DNA of 64,000 bases, from assembly GCF_009914755.1 (NCBI RefSeq), contig NC_060927.1. One strand, written 5' to 3'. Origin of the DNA: the human T2T-CHM13v2.0 reference genome, Homo sapiens. The translations under genes were made by a program, and so were the position numbers. Of the stretch, positions 54,025 to 64,000 are shown in pieces; position 1 is the stretch's first letter, and each line of letters starts with the position of its first letter. The notes below the pieces were generated by a model. It searched no databases. It worked only from the letters and a program-made list of their open reading frames with translations, and was not told the DNA's origin.

Positions 54025-54962
54025 AAGATATATGAATGGAATTAAAATGTTTTCTTGGAGCCTCTTGTCATTGATTTAGAAAGTCTATTTAACCTCTGTT
54101 CGGTTCCCAATGACAATAGAATGTCTTTCTTTTCTCATTTATTTTTTCTGTCGTATCATGCAGCTCTCACAGAAATAAAGACAGAACATTAAACAGGTGT
54201 ACCTTTTAAATTCTAAGATTGTAATTTTATTATTGAATAGAACTTCACTTTTAGTGCTTTCCAAATGATGGTGCCTATTTGATTTCCTTTAAATTCTTCT
54301 CTTTACACATGACGATTTCACTTGTGTTGACTAGTAATCTTTGGTTTAACCCTTCCACACTTTTTGTTAAGTCTAAAGTTTAACCCTTTAGACTTTCTTT
54401 ACTATGAAACTATCTAAACTAGAAACATACTAGGGTTCAAGTTAAGATAATGAAGAGTCATCTGGTATTAATGGGAAACAGGAGTATGTAAAACCCGAGG
54501 TTCTCAACTGTTTTCTTCCTTTCATTCTAGGACAAACATTGATGTGTGAGATATCCCCATGCATTTGAGAACCTTTGCATAGACTGTACTGCAGCCCTAC
54601 CCCTTTCCCACAACTGTTCACTGCTCACACTTTCTCACCCTTCAGTACACACATAGAAAAAATAGTACTGAAGTGCTCAGTAGTAGTTAAGAGTGAAATC
54701 ACCGATGATTTCAGTACTGCATTTTAGCCAGAAAAGTCTAAGGTAGGCCTAGGAAGCCAATTCAGACCAAGAGATCCCTTTCTCAAGTAGGTCATGTTTG
54801 TGCCTTGAGTTTCTATGGCTCTTTGGCATCCATTGTGAGCGAGATGGACACAGTCCAGGAAATATCCCTAAGGAATAGCTACTGGTAGCAGATCCCATTA
54901 TCAATACAGTTGTACTATAAAAGGCAAAGGCAAATGAACATTACAATAGGCATTTAACTTTC

Positions 54963-55265
<303 letters not shown>

Positions 55266-55954
55266 TTAACTTTCATTTTTTAAAAATTTATGTCAACAAG
55301 CTAAAATTCCTCTTGATTTTGCATTACAGTTAAAATATCACAAGGTATCATTGAAGAAGTTTAGGTGCTCAGTTCCTAAAGGCCCTTATAAAGTCACTTT
55401 CCTAGAAGCCGTTCCCTTTTCTCCCTAGGTTGGTTGCATATCCTTCTTGTATATGCTTAGAAAGTCCAGCATTTAACATGCCTAGATCTTGCTGAATGTT
55501 AATTACCTGCATATTTTAAGCATCTTTTACCCCTGCATCCTCCATTAGACCGCAAGTCCATTGACAGTATGTACTCAACACTAGCAGAGGGCTGGGCTCA
55601 AGTTCTGAAACATGTGTGACTTTGGATATCATAATATCCAATGACCACCCACTTGCCATTTCTACCCTTTCTATTATTCAATTGGTATAATTCTGACTAG
55701 CAGAAGTATTTTAATTCAAATACCATCATTTTCTGAAAATAATCATGCTACATCTATGACAAAGTGTCACCTAAAATTATTTCCTCATTCTCATTAAGTA
55801 GAAATTCCTAGGCCAGGTTTATTTATTTGTAAATCTCATAAGTTTGGATTTAACAGTTCTTGTTTATTAAAATCAATTATGTGGTGATTTGTGAGTTTGA
55901 CCAAAAGCTGATTTCCCTACTTTATTTTAGAAATTTATATCTTCAGTCTATACT

Positions 55955-56340
55955 GTTTTTATATTTGGATATAAAATAAATTTACATTATTCAAAAACAT
56001 AAAATTCAAAAGTATAAAGGAATAAAATTCAAAATTCAAATATAAATGAATAAGCAATAAAAATTATCTTGTTCCCCTAGCCCATCCATTGCTCTTTCCA
56101 ATGGCAACTGATGTTGTAGTTTCTTGGTTATTCCTCCTAAAATATTTTGTGAAATACACCAACAAATTCATATACTGTGTAAAAGGTACATTAGTTTATT
56201 CCCTTTGAAAAACAAATATTGATATACTATACAATTTTTTGTCCTTGAAATTTTTATATAACATATTACAGTGATCTTAATCCATACAAGAGAACATCCT
56301 CATTCACTTTATAACTAGATAAGCATTCTATTACATCTTG
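55955..56340 (-). mobile_element. L1ME-type 3' UTR fragment
   Basis: AAAATTCAAA..GGCAACTG..AGTTTCTTG..ATTCC..; ATATACTATAC.. Confidence 0.55.
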
Positions 56341-57054
56341 TATACAAGTTGAGTTTTGTTCGTTGTGTTTCATTTATGGGATACAAATCCAGCAGGAATT
56401 TACACACAAGTCAATAATGTCCCCAAGACCATATGAAAGATATGAGACCTCGATCCTTGGCAGGACTGACTGTCCATTGTACCATGTTGTTAAAGTGACT
56501 GAAGGTTATTGACTTACTGCAATAGGAGTTAGATATCTGATTTAGTTGAGTATATCCATTTCAAAAGGAAAACCCAGGACTTTTGGTGTTTAATCCTTTT
56601 GTGAACCTTACCTTAACCCTTTCCCATTAGATTGGACATAAACAATGCTTAATATCAGTGACTAATGGTATTAGTTCTTCAGCCTGGCGGCCAAACAGAG
56701 CAGTTCAGAACTAATCAGCAAGATACAATCAGATAGATGCCAGAGGTGAGGGATAATTTTTATTTTCTCTGTTCTGACTCTCTGGAGTTTCCTCTTTGCA
56801 GTAATTTAGGTCATGTCTATATTTACTGGATGAAAGATTTATCTGTTGAATTCTTTAAATGGTGGCACCAACTAAATCTAGTTCTTTGCAACAGACTTTA
56901 GAAAGATTAATATGTTCTATGCTTTCTAAAAAAGGTAGTATAGATAAGACTTGTACCTTTTTATTTGAAGTTAGAATGAAAGTAACATTTTTGAAAATTA
57001 CCATTGTCTTATTGCAACTCAATAGGTAAGTATCGTTCTCCCTAACTTGAAGGT

Positions 57055-57435
57055 TCAGCTAATATTTTGTTGAGAACTTGCACTTTGCCAGGTACTATTT
57101 TAAGAGCCCTACCTGTATTAACTCTTTGAGTTCCTATAAGGTAGATGATGATGTTATCCCCATTTTATAGAATGGGGGAACTGAGAAGCAGAGAACTTAA
57201 GGACTTGCTCAAGAAAACAGCAGAACTAAGATATTGTAAAGCCAGAATTAGAAGCAAATAAATAACAACAAACAGGACATTTGGCTCCAGTGTCATTACT
57301 TTCTATGGCTAAATTTATGCGACTTCTCAGAGGAAACTCTAGTTCCAGAAGCTCAAAGTCATGTACCTGCAAAGTGGTAAAGCGAGGATTTGAACCCAAA
57401 TCTGACATCAAACTCTGTAGTTTTATTCACTGTAT
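57055..57435 (-). mobile_element. MIR fragments
   Basis: GCCAGGTACTATTTTAAG..CCTATAAGGTAG..TATCCCCATTTTATAG..GAACTGAG; GGATTTGAACCC. Confidence 0.78.
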
Positions 57436-57642
57436 AAATAGAGAGATATGATTAAATATATGTATTGATATATAAATATAGGTAAATATATTTGAAATAG
57501 GCTATGTGATTTTGAAGTGGGTGAATTTTCTCTTGTGCCGTCTCTGAACCGGTGTTAGATTTCTTGAACTGTTTTATGATTCCATGCTATGGTTAACTAT
57601 GCAATTACTTCTGCATAGATGCCTGAAAAAATCTTTACTTAA

Positions 57643-58054
<412 letters not shown>

Positions 58055-59447
58055 ACTTCTGTATCTTTTTACATAACTTAGTTAAGGTACTTACCAATAC
58101 ATGCATGCCTTTTGTTAATCTGCAATACCTTTATATAAAATATGGTGACTTAATTTTGTATCCAAAGTATATTACATGCTATCTGACTCCTGGTATGCAC
58201 TCAATTAAAAAATGTAGGAAGTCTCTGTGAATGTATTCTGGTTCGAGGGTTGCCTGATTAAAAAAAAAAATTAAAAGTCAATGACTCTGACACCATCCTA
58301 CATTTGTCTAACTTAATACGTCAGTAGCTGTAATGAATTAGAGCTCTATAACTTGAAGAAATGTGATATTGTTTGATAAAGTAAATATAGAATAAAATCT
58401 TTGTACGTCGTTTGTTCAGATGAACATTTTAAAAATAATAAATGACGTTTATCCTTTGTCCCCATGTGTGAATCAAGTCTGTGATATCTCTAAACTCTGG
58501 TACTCTGAAATATCTCTTCCTGACCTGCTACTTCACTTCAATACACTCCTTCACTCCCGCAGAGCTTGCTCTTAGCTTCAGCAGGATCTCTTCCTGTTCC
58601 ATCCAGATGCCCTTTCCTAGCCTTGGTGCTCCCACTCATCTTCTAAATGACAGCCAGCTCAGACTCCATTCACCTTTCTAGTTCCCCCGAGAGAGTCTCA
58701 ATCCCATGTCAACTCAGTTGTTAGCTTTCACCCTGCACCTCTCAGCTCACTGCATACAGGCGGAGCATCTGTCTTTTTATCCCCAGGGAGAAGCAAAGGT
58801 ATTTGGATTGCCCTAAAACACTCAGGGAGGACTTAACGGATAGTCACTTCTAAAGCACTCTTTCTGTTCCAACCCTTTCACTGTGTGCCTCTGTGCAGTA
58901 GAGAAGTGAGTCTACTAATATTAATGTGTGAAACAAGGAACACTTATCAAAGTAGCTGCCATCAGTGAGCCACCTGAAGTGGAATTTTATTTGTCTTGTA
59001 CTCAGCACCAAAGCAGAATATCTTGCTTTTTTTGGAAGAAATCAAAATAACACAGATTTTACTTTGGAAGATGAAACACACTAGCATGTCTCATCTGTTC
59101 CTTCTTGATGATCTGTCCTCCTGGAAGTATGACAGTGTTGACGTAGATGTACTGAGTTCATGGAACACAAGCCTATTATCGTTCCTCTCTGTCATATGGA
59201 AAGAGGAGAACTGAGAGATTGAGAAAAAAGTTAAAACACAGAGGACCCAAGTGTAACGTCATGTTAAAACATTTTTGAAACTATGCAAAGAGAAATAACT
59301 ATCAAAGGAGAAGAATGAAAATCAATGAGTAACAATTAAAAGACGGGATTTTTTTTAGAATTCAAAAATTAATAGAATTGGTAGTGCTTTATTTTCTTAT
59401 ACAACATTTATTTAGTGATATCTAAACGTTCTTTGGCTAAAGTGCAC

Positions 59448-59543
59448 CTTCTTTTTTTCTCCCTCTTCCCTCCCTCCCTCTCTCCCTCCTTCCCTCCCTC
59501 CCTCCTTCCCTCCCTTCCTTCCTTCCTTCCCTCCTTCCTTCCA
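59448..59543. repeat. (CCCT)/(CCTT) polypyrimidine microsatellite
   Basis: Seen directly. Confidence 0.93.
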
Positions 59544-59842
59544 TCATCACAGGTGTGAGTGTTACAGAGATTATCTCAATGGTTAATCTGTATAAAGATG
59601 AATATTTCCTTTATTTTTCTCCGCTGATTAGCGCTGTCTCAAATGGCAAATGTTTTAAACCCTGATCTTTTGATGCACTTCCTGCAGCCTCACCCCACCC
59701 CCAAACTCAAAGAGAGTAAAATCACAGTGTTCCTTTCTCTTTCTCCCGGTGAAACTGGCAAATCCCCACCACTACCCTTGCTACCCCACCCATCACCATT
59801 CATTTCTAAAGCAGACATTTAGAATAATCAGGACAGCATTTT

Positions 59843-60191
<349 letters not shown>

Positions 60192-61204
60192 CTAAAGTAC
60201 CTAGGATGCCGTATTAGTCCACAAAGCCATGATCAGATTTCCAGTCTCTTGAGCCTAGCTTAGATCTTCAGAGGCACAATGCAAGACGGTTTTTAACAGA
60301 GAAAATGTGCATGAAGGACCTTTTAAATTATAGCTTCTAAACTTTCAGCATCCCTTCAATGATTTCATACTCTGACTATTTTTGCATCTTCCTGACATTT
60401 GCAGTTCCCTTGAGGCATATATTACAGTACACACACTACCCATGGTTAGATAATCACAAGTTTAGATATTTGTGAATGTTTCAGCTGTGAAGAAGAAAAA
60501 TGACTTCAGGCAAGGGTACTTGTGAACATCATCATTGAAAATCTCAGAAAATTCCATTTGCATATATCCACATATGTGAGCACTTGGTTGATTCTCCTCC
60601 TTTACTTTTGCTACTATTTTGTTTTGCTTTAGGTCTTCCTTTCTTTTCATTTATTTTTAAACCAGAGTACATTTATCCTGGACATTTTCTGATGTTTATG
60701 GGGGGTGAGGGGCTATGTGAAACTTGATGCCAATTGACATGAAATCTATTTTTCTGAAGAGAAATTTGAGGTATCTAGGAGAATGCATTTTCAATCCCTT
60801 CTCACCATTAACGTGTATTAAATGCCCAAGCTAAGTTTGTCCTTGATGTTTGCAGAGAACCTAAAATCTCTGGAGAAATCAGATATTTTAGGGTCATACC
60901 AACAAAGGAACACATGAAAATGAAGGTTACTCAGAAACAAGCTTTTTAAAGCTGAGGCATAAATGGCAGAGCTGCCCATTGAGTAAAATGTTCTGCACCG
61001 TAAGAGTGAACCGGAAATGGATAGAAAAATAAATTAACATTTAAAATTATACTTTGTGTTTAAGAATTGAGAAAATTTGATAGGCCCTGTAAAAAACACC
61101 ATTAGAATGAGAACATTCTAAATTACATCGTTGAAATAGTAGAAAACACATGTCCTTTTTTTTTTTTTTTTTTAAAAAGTCTTTTTTTAGGTGTTTTAAG
61201 TAAT

Positions 61205-61705
61205 TCTCTTTTTCTTTTTCTTCTTCTTTTTTGTAATTTCAATAGCTTTTGGGGTACAAGTTGTTTTTGGTTAAATGGTTGAATTGTGTAGCGGCGAATC
61301 CTGAGATTTTAGAGCACCTGTCATCTGAGTAGTGTACGTTGAACCCAGTATGTAGTTTTTCTCCTTCACCCCCTTCCCAACCTCTTTCTTCTGAGTCTCC
61401 AAAATCCATTTTACCACTCCACTCTGTCTGCCTTTGCATCCCCATAGCTTACCTCCCACTTACAAGTGAGAACATACAGTATTTGGTTTTTCATTTCTGA
61501 GTTACTTCACTTCAAAGAATGGCTTCCGCCTCCATCCATTTGCTGCAAAAGACGCTACTTTGTTCTTTCTTATGGCTGAGTAGTATTCCATGGTGCATAT
61601 ATACCACATTTTCTTTATCCACTCATTAGTCAATAGGCATTTAGGTTGCTTCCATATCTTTGGATTTGTAAATTGTGCTGCAATAAACATATGTGTGCAG
61701 GTGTC
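61205..61705 (-). mobile_element. L1PB (PB2/PB3-like) 3' end including ORF2 C-terminus remnant
   Basis: TTTCAATAGCTTTTGGGGTACAAG..GTGAGAACAT..; ORF 61502-61690 MFIAAQFT..WKQPKC..EWIKKMWYI.TMEYYSAI is the L1 ORF2p C-terminus. Confidence 0.92.
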
Positions 61706-62355
61706 AAAAAAGATCTATTTGTAATGTTTCATTCCTAGTTGCCAACATGCCAACAAAATACTTTTTTTTAATGACAGAGAACTTAAAATTGATGTTGAAT
61801 TTCTGTTTTTCTTTTGTTACTTTTTACAAGTATCTGCAAGTTTCTTGCTGCTAGGAAGCATAAAATAGAAACTATTTGCATATGCATTTAAAATAACTTC
61901 TGACTTATATCTTATTTTCATTAATAAACTTCAGCTACTTCACTGGAAATAATTTTATTACCACCTTGTATATAGTTGATAAGAAATGAGACTCTAGAAC
62001 CTCATTAGCATGTTTCCTTAGACACATAATTTAACCTCAATTTTCTCATCTGTAAAATGAAAATAATAATTGTGCTTTAACTCAAAAGCCAAAGTTTAGA
62101 CACATACTGCACTGTAATAGGCATGATGTTCAATAATGAAATAGCTATTATTATTATTTTGCTATAGAGAAAGATATATAAGTAACATTAAAATTTGGAA
62201 ACAAGTTTTCCATATTTTCCTATTAATTAAAATATTTATTTTTCTCTTTTATTGTTTTATATATTTTATGCTTTTATGGTCATTGCAGGAATGGAAGTTT
62301 AAGGCTCAAACTTGCAATAAGTAGAGCCAGTTTTAATTATTTATGCTGCTGATAC

Positions 62356-62446
62356 TCAAAGTTTAGTTGAAATTTTAACTAGTTTTTGGTTTGTTTAAAC
62401 TAATTCAAAGTTTAGTTGAAATTTAACTATTTTTTGGTTTGTTTAA
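62356..62446. repeat. ~49-bp tandem duplication
   Basis: TCAAAGTTTAGTTGAAATTT(T)AACTA.TTTTTGGTTTGTTTAA at 62356 and 62405. Confidence 0.93.
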
Positions 62447-63819
62447 GTCCCTAAAGGTAGATATATTGATTTTAACCTAAAAGCTGTTAACTTAGGATTC
62501 TACACTTTGCCATGGAGGAAAAGAGGTTGACTAAGTGCCTCCTTTGAGAAACTTAAGATTTAATTAACATTTTTCCTTTCCCTCTGCTTCATCCATACTT
62601 CCTTTCAACAAAAGAGATTTTTCATCCTTTATGTACTTTCTAATATTCCATAGAGGTTTATCACTTTAGTTTTCATAAACTTGCAAAGATGATCTCAAAT
62701 AAACGGCTTCAAAAATAGGACATTAACTGTATGTGTTTAAGGAGGGAAGAGATTGTAGTTAGAATACTTAACTAAATGAGTTCTATCAAACATTGGAGAA
62801 GTACTTTAGAAAGAGTTTACTAATTGACAAATGTAAAATATGCCGCCCTGAAAATTTTCAGATGTAGTATGGTGTAAAATATGTTCACAAATAAACCTAA
62901 AAAGCATGGTGAGTTTTTTCATATATACTCTTTAAACATTTGGTCATGACAAATCTATGTGATGTTTGGGTGGAGACTAGTGCTCAATTATTTCCCAGAA
63001 TGCTAAAATCTAAATGTATGCCAACCGAAAGTCTTTAAATCAGATGTTTATTACTTAAAACTGAAATAGGTTAACCTTTCCTAGATGCTCTGATTAAGCT
63101 TAGTCCTCAATGACTGATGTACACTGGCTTACACTAAAGTTATTAACCTAAGAATCTTCCCAGCAAGTCCATCTCTTTCTTGATATTATGATCTGTGAAG
63201 TTTGAACAAATGTTGTTTTTCTTCAATGTTATTTATCTTTAAAAAAAGTCCAGGAGTAGAAAGTATTCCTGATACTCGATAAACCAGTCCTCTCTGAACA
63301 AGGAAATAAATACCTCTCTCCAACTTTTAGAAACAATTGAATGACAGCCTTCTAGTCTCCTATTACTGAGAAGATTATGTGTGGCTTTAAGACACAAATT
63401 GTACCTTATTAGTCTATATGGCCCTCTACCCAGTACTTTGCCTGAAATATAAGTGATACTCAATGAACGTCATTTTAACAAATAAGATAATAAATTAATG
63501 AGCAGATATAGACCTTTTTAAAACTCATATGACATTTTGCCTGCTCCTTATAGAGTCACAGAGTATATATAAATAAGATGTAATTAGAATTTGTGTTAAT
63601 GAGAATTTAAAATATTGTGATATAGAAAATGACTGTAGACTTTATTTACAGACAAGATACTATAAATTTCCCTTCCCCCATTGTTACCTCTAAAAATTTC
63701 CATGATTTCAAAGCTGTTGAGTTCATTGAACTGTTAATTCTTCCTCGGAGGCAGTGCAATCTCTGCAAAACAAAAACACTCTGGCTCTGTGGTTTACAAT
63801 AAACTTCAAATATGAAGGG

Positions 63820-64000
63820 TTTTTTGTTTGTTTGTTTTGTTTTTGTTTCTGTTTTTGTTTTAGACGGAGTCTCTCTGTTGCCCAGGCTGGAGTGCAGTGG
63901 CATGATCTTGGCTCACTGCAACCTCCGCCTCCGGAGTTCAAATAATTGTCCTGCCTCAGCCTCCTGAGTAGCTGGGATTACTGGTGCGCACAACCACACC
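63820..64000 (-). mobile_element. AluS right arm, cut by the window edge
   Basis: (TTTG)-type tail then GACGGAGTCTC..GGCTGGAGTGCAGTGG. Confidence 0.93.

Overview
AT-rich primate (most likely human) euchromatic DNA. I find no recognisable protein-coding exon, tRNA, rRNA, CRISPR array or CpG island, and I cannot name the locus. The ORF track is explained by repeats (Alu, L1, L2, LTR, VNTR) or by chance. Contents: a 1.65-kb modular AT-rich palindromic minisatellite at the start, 15 Alus, about 15 LTRs or LTR fragments (MER41A, MER31A, MER39, THE1B, MST, MLT1), L1, L2 and MIR fragments, DNA-transposon MITEs (MER53, MER58, MER96, Tigger-like) and a probable copy of the conserved ancient repeat MER121. 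LTRs lie mostly on the minus strand (12 of 15), which suggests the intron of a long plus-strand gene. The best leads are a candidate recursive splice site (AG|GTAAGT after a 112-nt AG-free zone) at 19232, a concentric 120-nt hairpin at 17113-17232 that matches no repeat I recognise, the higher-order code of the minisatellite, a tiny twin-priming inversion in an L1PA, and several candidate unannotated exons. Repeat names come from my recollection of consensus sequences rather than a RepeatMasker run, and the boundaries of old repeats are approximate. I cannot demonstrate a new biological system from sequence alone.
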